A DNA stretch of 32,000 nucleotides from Halomicrobium mukohataei DSM 12286 (GCF_000023965.1 NC_013202.1:2640001-2672000); one strand, 5' to 3'; numbered from the stretch's first letter, positions 17,461 through 26,154 are shown. A program made the numbers and translations. Notes: a model not told the origin generated them from the letters alone.

Positions 17461-17484
17461 GACCGCCAGTAGGACGGGGGTCGG

Positions 17485-17492
17485 CAAAAATC
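17485..17492 (-). promoter_or_regulatory. GATTTTTG (minus strand): TATA-like box for the APH-like kinase and T5 terminator tract for rbcL
   Basis: It lies about 30 nt downstream of the rbcL stop (17520) and about 28 nt upstream of GTG 17460, in a 59-bp spacer. Confidence 0.4.
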
Positions 17493-17519
17493 TGGTAGTT
17501 TCTCGTCTCGGTGCGGTGG

Positions 17520-18791
17520 CTACCTGGGCGTCTCGGTGCCCCACTTGTCGAGAGCCGTCGCCAGCGCGGGCTCGTCGTCGGCAGCGGCCTCGATCGATCG
17601 GCCCTCGGCAGCGGCTTCGACGGCCGCACGGAGAGCTTTCGCACCTTCGTGGGTCCCGTCGGGGTGGCCGTGGACGCCCCCGCCCGCCTGAATCCCGATG
17701 TTCGTCCCGCAGCGATCGACCAGTTCCGGAACGAGGCCGGGATGCAGTCCCCCGGAGGCCATCGGCAACACGTCGTCGAGCCCGTACAGGTCGCTCGTGA
17801 GCCACTCGTTGATCCCGACAGTGTCCTCGTTTGCGAGCTTGCCCAGATCCGCGGTGCCGGTGTGGATCTGGTCGACGCCACAGAGGCGTGCGATCTGGGC
17901 GATCACCCGCATAGAGACTCCGTGAGACGGAAGTCGATCGAAAGCCGCGTGCATCGCGCGGTGGGCGTGGATCGCCAGCCCGTGGCGTTCGCAGCGTTCG
18001 CGGACCTGCTGGACGGCCGCCCATCCGCAGGTCACCACGTCGACCATGACGTACTCACAGCCGTGTTCGGCGGCCATGTCGACGCGTTCGAGCATCTCGG
18101 TGCCCCCGGCCGTGACGTTGAGCAGGTAGCTCTTTGGCTCGCCCGTCTCCTCGACCGCCCGGTCGCGCTGGGCCAGACTCTCGGTCAGGCGGTCCTCGAA
18201 GGGGTTGAACGCCTGATCGGTGAGGTTCTCGTCGTCTTTCAGGAGGTCGAGCCCGCCGGTCCAGGCCTCGTAACCGATCTGGGCGTGCTGGTCGGTCGAG
18301 AGCCCGACCTTCGGCTTCGGGACCGTCGCGGTGATCGGCCGGTCGTCGGCGTCGAAGATCTCGGAGCGGACGCTGGTCCCGAACTGCGGGCCCGCGAAGC
18401 TCGTCGCCAGCGGTTCGGGCCACGTACAGTCCAGCAGGCGGATCCGGTCGACGGCCTTCATCCCGAGGATGTTGCCGGCGATACAGGAGAGGATCTGGGG
18501 CATGTTCCCGCCCTCGAACAGCGCGTCGGGGTAGGCGACGGTCACGCGGTAGCCCTCGCGGTCGCCGGCCGTGGCCGCCTCGATACCGCAGGCCGTCGCC
18601 GAGAGGTCGGTGACGCCCCCGTCGACCTGGAGTTCCGCCCAGGTGCCGTTGGAGGACTCGCTTGCGACCCGGCTGGCCGCCGACTCTGCGTCCTGGTCGG
18701 CGGCGGGTTCGACGTAGAACTCACAGACGAGATCGGAGTCGGCCGGGTCGTAGGACAGGTCGAGGAAGTCTTCGTAGGTTATGCCAACCAT
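17520..18791 (-). CDS. rbcL: Ribulose-1,5-bisphosphate carboxylase/oxygenase large subunit, archaeal type III
   Basis: Track ORF 17520..18845 trimmed to ATG 18791 (MVGITYEDFLDL). Catalytic motifs are intact: ESSNGTW, TVPKPKVGLS, GGLDLLKDDENL (carbamylated-Lys KDDE), IHAHRAMHAA, ASGGLHPG, GGGVHGHPDG. No small-subunit gene is nearby. Confidence 0.9.
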   Translation of the reverse strand: MVGITYEDFLDLSYDPADSDLVCEFYVEPAADQDAESAASRVASESSNGTWAELQVDGGVTDLSATACGIEAATAGDREGYRVTVAYPDALFEGGNMPQILSCIAGNILGMKAVDRIRLLDCTWPEPLATSFAGPQFGTSVRSEIFDADDRPITATVPKPKVGLSTDQHAQIGYEAWTGGLDLLKDDENLTDQAFNPFEDRLTESLAQRDRAVEETGEPKSYLLNVTAGGTEMLERVDMAAEHGCEYVMVDVVTCGWAAVQQVRERCERHGLAIHAHRAMHAAFDRLPSHGVSMRVIAQIARLCGVDQIHTGTADLGKLANEDTVGINEWLTSDLYGLDDVLPMASGGLHPGLVPELVDRCGTNIGIQAGGGVHGHPDGTHEGAKALRAAVEAAAEGRSIEAAADDEPALATALDKWGTETPR

Positions 18792-18815
18792 ACCCACGGC
18801 TACGTCGTCCGGTCG

Positions 18816-18822
18816 TATAAAT
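18816..18822 (-). promoter_or_regulatory. TATA box (ATTTATA on the minus strand) for rbcL
   Basis: Centred 28 nt upstream of ATG 18791, in the 119-bp divergent spacer. Confidence 0.5.
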
Positions 18823-18878
18823 GTGGGACGCAGCGACGAAACCACGGCCGCTCCGTTGTCGATCGTGTTCTCTACCCG

Positions 18879-18886
18879 GATTTATC
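18879..18886 (+). promoter_or_regulatory. TATA box (GATTTATC) for the SDR / luciferase-like oxidoreductase operon
   Basis: Centred 28 nt upstream of ATG 18911. Confidence 0.5.
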
Positions 18887-18910
18887 AGGTGAGCGGTCCT
18901 CTGTGGGTGT

Positions 18911-19681
18911 ATGCCGGACCAGTTCAGTGTCGACGGCGACGTGGCCATCGTCACGGGTGCCTCGCGCGGAATCGGCCGCGCGACGGCAGAAGCGTTCGCC
19001 GCCGACGGAGTCGACGTGGCGATCTGCTCGCGAGACGAATCGGAGATCACGACGGCCGCCGACGAGATCAGCGAAGCCCATCCGGGGGACGCCGTCGGCG
19101 TCGCCTGTGACGTACGCGACGAAGACGCGGTGTCGGCGCTCGTCGCGGCCGCCGTCGACGAGTTCGACGGCCTCGACGTGCTCGTCAACAACGCGGGCGC
19201 GTCGTTCATGTCGTCGTTTACCGACATCTCGCCCAACGGCTGGGAGTCGGTCGTCGACGTGAACCTCACGGGGACGTACAACTGCACGCAAGCTGCGGCG
19301 GACGAGCTGGCAGAGGGCGGCGGGAGCGTCGTCAACGTCGCCAGCGTCGCCGGCCAGGACGGCGCGCCCTACATGAGCCACTACGCGGCGGCCAAGGCCG
19401 CGATCATCAACCTCACCAAGACGCTGGGCTACGAGTGGGCCGGCGACGGCGTCCGGGTCAACTGCGTCGCGCCGGGCTACGTCGCCACGCCGGGTCTGAC
19501 CTCTCAGATGGGGATCGAGGCCGACGACGTCGACCGCGAAGACCCGGACCGCAACGTCGGCACCAGCGACGAGATCGCTGACGTGGTCCAGTTCCTGGCC
19601 AGTGAGGGCGCGTCGTTCCTGACCGGTGAGACGATCACGCCACGCGGTGTCCCAGACATCGAGGAGAACCCAGAACTATGA
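18911..19681 (+). CDS. Short-chain dehydrogenase/reductase (SDR, FabG-like)
   Basis: TGASRGIG cofactor motif, NNAG, and catalytic S...YAAAKAA (YxxxK). It is 256 aa. Confidence 0.85.
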   Translation: MPDQFSVDGDVAIVTGASRGIGRATAEAFAADGVDVAICSRDESEITTAADEISEAHPGDAVGVACDVRDEDAVSALVAAAVDEFDGLDVLVNNAGASFMSSFTDISPNGWESVVDVNLTGTYNCTQAAADELAEGGGSVVNVASVAGQDGAPYMSHYAAAKAAIINLTKTLGYEWAGDGVRVNCVAPGYVATPGLTSQMGIEADDVDREDPDRNVGTSDEIADVVQFLASEGASFLTGETITPRGVPDIEENPEL

Positions 19682-20676
19682 ACCGAGACGTGTTCTTGCC
19701 CGTCGCAGCACAGCCCGGCGTCGACACCTTGGTCGAGATGAGTCAGCGCGCCGAATCGCTGGGGTACGACCGCGTCTGGCTCCCCGAGACGTGGGGTCGA
19801 GACGCGGTCACGACGCTGACCTGTATCGCCCGCGAGACGGAGTCGGTCGGGATCGGGACCTCGATCATGAACGTCTACTCGCGGAGTCCGGCCCTGATCG
19901 GCCAGACCGCCGCGACGCTGCAAGAGGTCTCGAACGGGCGGCTGCGGATCGGACTCGGGCCCTCCGGTCCGATGGTCATCGAGGGGTGGCACGGCGTCGA
20001 CTTCGAGCGGCCGCTGCGCTACACCCGCGAGACGATCGACATCGTCAAGTCCGTCCTCGCGGGTGAGACCGTCGACTACGACGGCGACATCTTCCAGCTG
20101 TCGGGGTTCCGGCTTCGCTGTGAGCCACCCGAGCCCGTGCCCGGCATCGACGCCGGTGGGCTGGGTCCCAAGTCCGTCGAACTCGCCGGCCGCTTTGGCG
20201 ACGGCTGGCACGCGCTGATGACGACAAAGGAAGGGCTTCGAGACCGGCTCGAAGACTTCGAACGCGGCGGCGACCTCGGGGACCGCGACCGCAGCGAACA
20301 GCGCGTGACGCTGTCGCTGCCCTGCTGTGCGCTCGACGACGGCGCGGAGGCCCGTCGGCTGACCCGCCAGCACATCGCGTTCTACGTCGGCGGCATGGGC
20401 ACCTTCTATCGGGACGCCCTGGCCCGCCAGGGGTACGAGGACACCGCTCACGAGATCGCACAGGAGTGGGCCGGCGGCGACCACGAGGCGGCCATGGCCG
20501 CGATCGACGACGACCTGCTCGACGCGCTGGCGGCGGCTGGCACGCCCGAGCAGTGTCGCGAGCGGTTCGCGAGCTTCGCGGATATCGACGGCGTCGACGC
20601 CGTCTCGGTCTCGTTCCCGCGGGCCGCAGACCCCGAGCAGATCGACGCGACCCTCTCTGCACTGGCACCCGATTGA
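19678..20676 (+). CDS. Luciferase-like (LLM class) flavin/F420-dependent oxidoreductase
   Basis: Its ATG overlaps the SDR stop (ATGA at 19678-19681), suggesting translational coupling. TIM-barrel LLM-like sequence (YDRVWLPETWGRDA, GLGPSGPMVIEGWHG), 332 aa. Confidence 0.7.
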   Translation: MNRDVFLPVAAQPGVDTLVEMSQRAESLGYDRVWLPETWGRDAVTTLTCIARETESVGIGTSIMNVYSRSPALIGQTAATLQEVSNGRLRIGLGPSGPMVIEGWHGVDFERPLRYTRETIDIVKSVLAGETVDYDGDIFQLSGFRLRCEPPEPVPGIDAGGLGPKSVELAGRFGDGWHALMTTKEGLRDRLEDFERGGDLGDRDRSEQRVTLSLPCCALDDGAEARRLTRQHIAFYVGGMGTFYRDALARQGYEDTAHEIAQEWAGGDHEAAMAAIDDDLLDALAAAGTPEQCRERFASFADIDGVDAVSVSFPRAADPEQIDATLSALAPD

Positions 20677-20702
20677 TCCGGCTCGGGGACGACTCTGCGA
20701 CC

Positions 20703-20807
20703 ATGCAGCGGACGAACGATCGGCCACACTGTGAGGTGTGCGGCCAGCGCTTCGAGAACCGGACGGCGTTGCACCGCCACGTCAGGGACGCCGGCCTGCT
20801 GTGGTAG
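20703..20807 (+). CDS. Zinc-finger micro-protein (34 aa, CxxC...HxH)
   Basis: Internal ATG of track ORF 20466..20807: MQRTNDRPHCEVCGQRFENRTALHRHVRDAGLLW. It follows the classical C-x2-C-x3-F-x5-L-x2-H spacing. Codon bias is GC3-rich like the real genes. It resembles the small zinc-finger proteins common in haloarchaea. Confidence 0.5.
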   Translation: MQRTNDRPHCEVCGQRFENRTALHRHVRDAGLLW

Positions 20808-20877
20808 CGTCCTGGGACGAGGCCGCGACCATCGCTGAACGACCCACGCCGCGGAACCGTGCCGGATGGCGCTCCCG

Positions 20878-21576
20878 TTACTCGACTGGCAACGCTGAGG
20901 TGTCGATGCCGCCGCGACGCCCGTCGAGCACGTCGAAGCGCTCGCCGCGGCGTCGTTCGAGCCAGTAGAGCAGTCGCTCGGCCCAGTCGAGCTTGCGCCG
21001 CTTCTGGGCGCTGACCGACGGGTCGTCGAACGACCAGCCGGGAAAGACCAGCGTGGCCCCACCGAGGTGGTCCGCCAGGAACGCCGCCCGGTCGCCGTCG
21101 GTGAAGCCGCCGAAGTTCGCAACGCCGTCGGCGGGGGCGGCCTGGGTCGTCGGGAGGACCGCCGCCGCGTCGCACTCGGGCACCGTCGACTCGACGAGGC
21201 CGAGGTTGTCCCCGTGGGCGTGGATCGCGACCGGCGTCCCGCCGTTCGTGAGCCGGACGACTGTCTCGGAGTGTTTGTCCAGATCCGTGACCACGCAGTC
21301 GACTTCGACGCCCGTCGCCAGGAGTCGATCCGCTGCCGTCGACGCCGCGACGACCGCGTCGGCCTCGACCGCGAGGTCGATGTCGTCGTACAGCGACGGC
21401 CCACCGCCAGCGACGGCGACCGTCCGTCCCGCCAGATCGATCGACTCGGGATCGAGGGTCGAGGCTCCGGCCAGCAGCGCCGCCAGTCGGTCCCTGGCCC
21501 GCTCGTCGCCAGCCCGCGGATAGCCAAAGTCCGACAGTATCGCCTCGTAGACCGGGTTCCAGTGGTGGTAGTCCAT
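20878..21576 (-). CDS. mptE: 6-hydroxymethyl-7,8-dihydropterin pyrophosphokinase, archaeal MptE type (DUF115)
   Basis: 232 aa, with VAVAGGGPSL, VVTDLDKH and IHAHGDN motifs typical of the DUF115/MptE family. It lies immediately downstream of folP on the same strand. Confidence 0.65.
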   Translation of the reverse strand: MDYHHWNPVYEAILSDFGYPRAGDERARDRLAALLAGASTLDPESIDLAGRTVAVAGGGPSLYDDIDLAVEADAVVAASTAADRLLATGVEVDCVVTDLDKHSETVVRLTNGGTPVAIHAHGDNLGLVESTVPECDAAAVLPTTQAAPADGVANFGGFTDGDRAAFLADHLGGATLVFPGWSFDDPSVSAQKRRKLDWAERLLYWLERRRGERFDVLDGRRGGIDTSALPVE

Positions 21577-21709
21577 AGCTACTGCTATCGAGTTCGTGTC
21601 AGGATAAACCGTAGTTTGAGCCGAAATGGCACGACCGTGTACCCCTACCCGGGTGCCCTTTCGGCCTTCATCCGTCCTTTCTGGGGCATTGGGTATAAGT
21701 TTTCTCTTA

Positions 21710-22885
21710 CTATACGTCGTTTGCTATCCAGTTCATCACGTCGCCGACCCGGCCGCTGTCGTCCAGCATCGCCGCGAGACGGGTCAGCGAACGCGGTGTG
21801 CCAAAAACAACCACAGGAAACCTACCGGCGATTCGGACGTTCGTGTCGGCGGCGGCCGCTGCCAGTGACTCGCGGCCGGCGGGGTCGAGATCGGTGATCC
21901 GGAAGGCCCTCGTCGTCCCGTCCTCGGGGTCGAAGTCGGCGTCTACTGCCTCGAGGTGGCGGGCGACCTCCATGCCGTTCGTCACGTCCAGTTCCTCGAC
22001 GCCCAGCGACGCCTCACGCAGGAGCGAGCCGCCGAACGCGTCGCCGATGCGGGCGGCGTCCAGCGTCTCGGCGACGTCGTGGGTTCGGACGACGTGTGCG
22101 CCGCGGTCGATCGCCATCGACGTGGCGGCCAGCGACACCGGCAGCGCCCCCTCGGTGGAGCGATCGGCGAGCGACCGCAGGAAGTTCTTGCGGTTGATCG
22201 AGACCAGGATCGGTCGGTCCAGCGCTCGAAACTCCCGCAGTCGTCGGAACGTCTCGCGATCGTTCGCGAGCGTTTTCGCCTCGGACCAGCCGCCGAAAGC
22301 GGGGTCGACGATCGTCTTGTCCGTCAGCCCGTTTTGCCCCAGGGCCTCGTACACCTGATCGACGTAGTCGGCCTGCTGGGCCCACGACGGAGACTTGCGC
22401 GCCGCCCAGTCGGTCTCCTCGACGGCCCCCGGCCGTTCGAGGTCTGGCGGACTCGCCATCTTGCCGACCGCCACGTCGTACTCCCGGCAGATCCGTGGCA
22501 TCTCCGGGTCGGCGAAGCCACAGATGTCGTTGACCATGTCGAAACCCGCCTCGATGGCCGCCTCGGCGACCTCGTGATAGCGGGTCTCGATCGAGAAGAT
22601 CGCGTCGCCGCTCACCGACTCCATGGTCTGGATGGCCGTGTCGAGCCGGTCGAGTTCCTGCTCGGCCGAGAGCACGTCGAATCGCTTGTTGGCCGACTCC
22701 AGGCCCACGTCTACGATGTCCGCGCCCTCGCCGACGAGTTCCTCCTCGACGTAGGCGGCCGCTTCGTCGTGGTCGTCGAACACGCTGGGGTCGTACGGCG
22801 ACTCCCGGCTGACGTTGAGCACACCCATGATCCGGGTGGGGTGGTCGTCACCGATCCCGAGTCCGGCGGCGTCGACGTTCTGCAT
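21710..22885 (-). CDS. folP: Dihydropteroate synthase with about 105-aa C-terminal extension
   Basis: Pterin-binding domain motifs: [39 protein letters not shown]. The residues after about aa 285 (encoded at 21713-22030) lie outside the DHPS domain. Confidence 0.8.
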   Translation of the reverse strand: MQNVDAAGLGIGDDHPTRIMGVLNVSRESPYDPSVFDDHDEAAAYVEEELVGEGADIVDVGLESANKRFDVLSAEQELDRLDTAIQTMESVSGDAIFSIETRYHEVAEAAIEAGFDMVNDICGFADPEMPRICREYDVAVGKMASPPDLERPGAVEETDWAARKSPSWAQQADYVDQVYEALGQNGLTDKTIVDPAFGGWSEAKTLANDRETFRRLREFRALDRPILVSINRKNFLRSLADRSTEGALPVSLAATSMAIDRGAHVVRTHDVAETLDAARIGDAFGGSLLREASLGVEELDVTNGMEVARHLEAVDADFDPEDGTTRAFRITDLDPAGRESLAAAAADTNVRIAGRFPVVVFGTPRSLTRLAAMLDDSGRVGDVMNWIANDV

Positions 22886-22976
22886 AGCCCAACTGAGGCG
22901 TCACCACCCAAAAACGGCCCGCTTGCGGCGGTCCGTTCATGCCGTCCGATTCGCTCCCCGATCGGTCGCTGGAGCC

Positions 22977-23261
22977 CTACTTTTCGAAGATGTCCGATAC
23001 GTCCACGTCCGTCCGTGCCCGGGTCCCATCGGGCAGTCGGTCCCCACACTCCTGGCAGAAGTCGTACCCGGCCGTGTTCTCGGTCCCGCAGGACGAACAC
23101 AGCTCGGGGTATCGCGAGTGGTCTGCCTGGAGCAGGCTCGAATACTGCGCCGGCAACACCGGCCGACCGCCGCGCTGGGGCTGCCTGCGGGCTCGCCGCC
23201 GCCACAGCACGATGGCGACCAGTCCAGCGAGAAGTGCCAGTCCGACCCAGAGCGGGTCCAT
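22977..23261 (-). CDS. Small membrane-anchored zinc-ribbon protein (94 aa)
   Basis: 3' part of track ORF 22977..23786, starting at ATG 23261: [23 protein letters not shown] (N-terminal TM), then [19 protein letters not shown] (CxxC-x10-CxxC). Confidence 0.6.
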   Translation of the reverse strand: MDPLWVGLALLAGLVAIVLWRRRARRQPQRGGRPVLPAQYSSLLQADHSRYPELCSSCGTENTAGYDFCQECGDRLPDGTRARTDVDVSDIFEK

Positions 23262-23351
23262 ACGTATACTGTAGGGATCGGTCAGAATAAGCACTGTGCC
23301 GACGACAGTCGGCATCGCGCCGCTTTTATCCGCTCCCGGCAAACGCACTAC

Positions 23352-23879
23352 ATGGGCAAGGTCAACATCGGACTCCGAGGGTGGCGCTTCGACGAGGACG
23401 AGGTCTTCGACGACGACGGCCGCGTCAGACCGCTCGGAGTGATGGACGAGGACACGAAGGCGCGCGTGCTGCGGCTGACAGAACGGCTCTCGGACCCCTG
23501 TGACGCCTGCTGGCTCCAGTACGGACAGGACGACCCACAGCAGTGCTCGCCGGCCGAGGTGATCTACGGCGAACCCCGCGGCGAGGTGATCCTCTGTAGG
23601 GACCACGAGACCGACTTCGTCTACTGGTTCCGCGAGGTCGCCGACGAGGAACTGATCGGGACCCGAGACCTGCAAGACGCGTTCCACGGCTGGTTCGCCG
23701 ACGGCGGTCGCGCCCCCGAAGCGTACGCGGGCGTCGAACACGTCGACGAGGATCCCGACGGCGTCCCCGAGACGCCGGATCCCCACGAGGAACTGCCCGG
23801 CATCGAAGAGGAGATCGAGCGCGTCGCCGACGAGGATCTGGAGGCGCTCGACGTCGACTTGGACGACCTCGACGTATGA
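23352..23879 (+). CDS. Acidic hypothetical protein with Cys cluster (175 aa)
   Basis: 3' part of track ORF 22815..23879, starting at ATG 23352: [23 protein letters not shown]...[16 protein letters not shown]...LCRDHE. It has a very acidic tail. Its stop overlaps the next gene's start (ATGA). Confidence 0.6.
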   Translation: MGKVNIGLRGWRFDEDEVFDDDGRVRPLGVMDEDTKARVLRLTERLSDPCDACWLQYGQDDPQQCSPAEVIYGEPRGEVILCRDHETDFVYWFREVADEELIGTRDLQDAFHGWFADGGRAPEAYAGVEHVDEDPDGVPETPDPHEELPGIEEEIERVADEDLEALDVDLDDLDV

Positions 23880-24601
23880 GTTCGGTCGCTGTCGCCGTCG
23901 TCGACGCCGAGACGCCGGGCAACGTCGGGACGATCGCTCGCTCGATGAAGAACTTCGGGCTCGACGAGCTGCTGTTGATCGATCCGCCGGACCTCCCTCG
24001 GGAGAGCGAGGCCTACGGCTACGCCGGGCAGGCCCGCGAGGACATTCTCCCCGAGGCCCGGGAGATCTCGTTCGACGAGCTCGTCACCGAGTACCACACT
24101 GTCGGCTGCACCGCGATCACGAACGAAGACGGGAGCAAGCACGTCCGGTACCCCTTCGTGACGCCCCGAGACCTCGCCGACGACCTTGCGGGCCTCGACG
24201 CCGACACTGCGATCGTGTTCGGCCGCGAGCGAGTCGGGCTCACCAACGACGAGATCGAACGCCTCGACCAGGTCTGTTCGATCCCCGCCAGCGAGGAGTA
24301 CCCCGTGCTCAACCTCGGGCAGGCGGCGACGATCGTCCTCTACGAACTGCGGTCACTGACCGTCGAGGACACGCAGCTTCCGGACCCGACTCACGACCGT
24401 GCCGCCCAGCCCGAGATCGAGGGGCTCCACGAGCAGTTCGCCGGCTTCCTCGACGCGATCGACCACCCCGAGGAGAAACGGGCGAAGACACGGCGGTTGT
24501 TCCAGCGGCTGATCGGCCGCGCACATCCGACCGGCCGCGAGACGACGACGTTGCGGGGGCTGTTCCGGCAGGCGAGCCAGCGACTCTCAGACGAGGAGTG
24601 A
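23876..24601 (+). CDS. SpoU/TrmH-class RNA 2'-O-methyltransferase (TrmJ-like)
   Basis: Motifs: [52 protein letters not shown] (SPOUT knot region). It is 241 aa. Confidence 0.8.
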   Translation: MSSVAVAVVDAETPGNVGTIARSMKNFGLDELLLIDPPDLPRESEAYGYAGQAREDILPEAREISFDELVTEYHTVGCTAITNEDGSKHVRYPFVTPRDLADDLAGLDADTAIVFGRERVGLTNDEIERLDQVCSIPASEEYPVLNLGQAATIVLYELRSLTVEDTQLPDPTHDRAAQPEIEGLHEQFAGFLDAIDHPEEKRAKTRRLFQRLIGRAHPTGRETTTLRGLFRQASQRLSDEE

Positions 24602-24616
24602 CGCCGATCCGGCCGC

Positions 24617-26122
24617 CTACGACGGTGCCTGCTGTCCGGTCTCTTCGAGCACGCCGTAGGTATCGCGCAGATAGCGAAACACGTCCCGAGAGATCGAGGG
24701 CTCGTAGGTCCAGAACCCCTCGTAGACCTCCGGATCGGTCTCTCGGACGACGAGGGTGCCCGTCCGGTCGGTGCGGCCGTCCCCGTCGTACGTGACGAAC
24801 CACGACTCTTCGATCTCGGTCGAGGAGTCGGGGTGGATCGTCACGTTCGGGCGGTCGACGGTCGGCACGACGTCTGGGACGCCGTAGATGTGTACGTCGA
24901 CGCCCGCGTCGGCGATCCGGTGCATCACCCGCCGGGATCGCTGGCTCTCCCAGTAGCGCGAGAGGTGCTGAAAGCCCGCGAGCAACTGGCCGCCGCCGGT
25001 CTGCCAGGCCGTCATCTCGATGGCCGTGCTGGCGTCGATCAGGAACTGCTTCTCGACGCCGCGCGCGCCGAAGATCCGCTCGTGGAGCGCTTCGAGCACG
25101 TCCGGTCCCCGACGCGTCGCGAACGGGTCGTCGTCCGCGTTGGCCGTCTCGACGCCGCTTGCCAGCTGCGAGAGCGGCGAGGACGCCATCTGGACCGGCC
25201 CCCGGTGTAGCAGCGCCACGTCTCTGGGGTTCTCGGCCGCGAGCTCCGTCTCGCGGACCTCTATGTCGATATCCTCGAAGAACGCGCGGACGGTTTCGAG
25301 CCGGTCGTCTGGACTCTCTCGGTTGCAGACGGTCAGCGTCGGACGGTCGCTGTCGACCTGTGCGATCAGTTCGGCCAGCGAGTCGAACGCGAGGTCCGTC
25401 GTCGAGCCGGTCGGCTCGGACGTACCGGAGGCCGGCGTCGCGGGCTGGGGAACGCCGAGTTCGCTCCGAGGCGCGGTCGAGATCGGGACGGACGCCCACT
25501 GTCGCCCGCCGTCGAGGCCCTCGACGCGGACTTCGAGACCGTCGGTGCCCTCTCGGGTGTAGACGACGCCGTCGACCAGCGCCTCGACCTGGCCCAGGTC
25601 CGTCTTGCTGAACGAGTTCTCGTGTGCCGTCAGCACGGCGAACCCGGAGCGCTCCTCGACCAGCCGTGACAGCGAGTGGACGAACCGAATCGTCTGGTCG
25701 ACGTCGGCGTTGAGCGCCAGCGTCGTCAGCGAGAGGACGCCGATTCGATCGACGCTGCCGTCCCGGCCCTCGCCGAGCGCGTCGAGGAGGTCTAAGACGG
25801 CACTCCCGACGTTACCGAGCTCCGCCGGCATCGACACGTGGCGAGTCCACTCGTTGTCTGTCGCCTCGCCGTAGGCGTCGCCGGCCGAGTCGACGATGCC
25901 GACCGCCGGTGACGCGCCGTCCAGTGCGCTCTCGTACTCGGCGCGCAGGGCGGCCGTGCTACTGTCCGTCGAGACGAGCACGGTCGTATCGTCGTCGGTG
26001 GCCCCGTCAGCGAGGAGTCTGAGTGCGAGTCGTCGCTTACCCGCCATCGGCGGGCCGACGCACAGCAGCGTCGTCCCACCGGGGACGGAATCGATTGGCA
26101 GGCGGTCCCCGGTGCGTACCAT
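24617..26122 (-). CDS. Fusion protein: KaiC/RecA-like domain with degenerate Walker motifs plus C-terminal DICT sensory domain
   Basis: Track ORF 24617..26152 trimmed to ATG 26122 (MVRTGDRLPID); the longer start lies inside the TATA box. The N-terminal domain has GPPMAGKRRLAL (Walker A with Arg in place of Ser/Thr). The C-terminal half has DICT-like LLAGFQHLSRYWESQRSRRVMHRIADAGVDVHIYGVPD...WFVTYDGDG...YEGFWTYEP. Confidence 0.65.
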   Translation of the reverse strand: MVRTGDRLPIDSVPGGTTLLCVGPPMAGKRRLALRLLADGATDDDTTVLVSTDSSTAALRAEYESALDGASPAVGIVDSAGDAYGEATDNEWTRHVSMPAELGNVGSAVLDLLDALGEGRDGSVDRIGVLSLTTLALNADVDQTIRFVHSLSRLVEERSGFAVLTAHENSFSKTDLGQVEALVDGVVYTREGTDGLEVRVEGLDGGRQWASVPISTAPRSELGVPQPATPASGTSEPTGSTTDLAFDSLAELIAQVDSDRPTLTVCNRESPDDRLETVRAFFEDIDIEVRETELAAENPRDVALLHRGPVQMASSPLSQLASGVETANADDDPFATRRGPDVLEALHERIFGARGVEKQFLIDASTAIEMTAWQTGGGQLLAGFQHLSRYWESQRSRRVMHRIADAGVDVHIYGVPDVVPTVDRPNVTIHPDSSTEIEESWFVTYDGDGRTDRTGTLVVRETDPEVYEGFWTYEPSISRDVFRYLRDTYGVLEETGQQAPS

Positions 26123-26144
26123 GCACAAACCTATGACGCCCAGT

Positions 26145-26154
26145 GTATACAAAA
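26145..26154 (-). promoter_or_regulatory. TATA box (TTTTGTATAC on the minus strand) for the KaiC-like/DICT gene
   Basis: Centred about 28 nt upstream of ATG 26122. Confidence 0.45.

Noticed and set aside
21577-21709. Lower-GC 133-bp spacer between folP and mptE, with a small stem (GGCAC...GTGCC). I considered it as a possible ncRNA or riboswitch.
   Set aside because: The structure is weak, there is no recognisable riboswitch core, and the region is adequately explained by the mptE promoter (GGTTTATCC about 29 nt upstream of ATG 21576). The overlapping track ORF 21626..21868 is antisense to folP and looks spurious.
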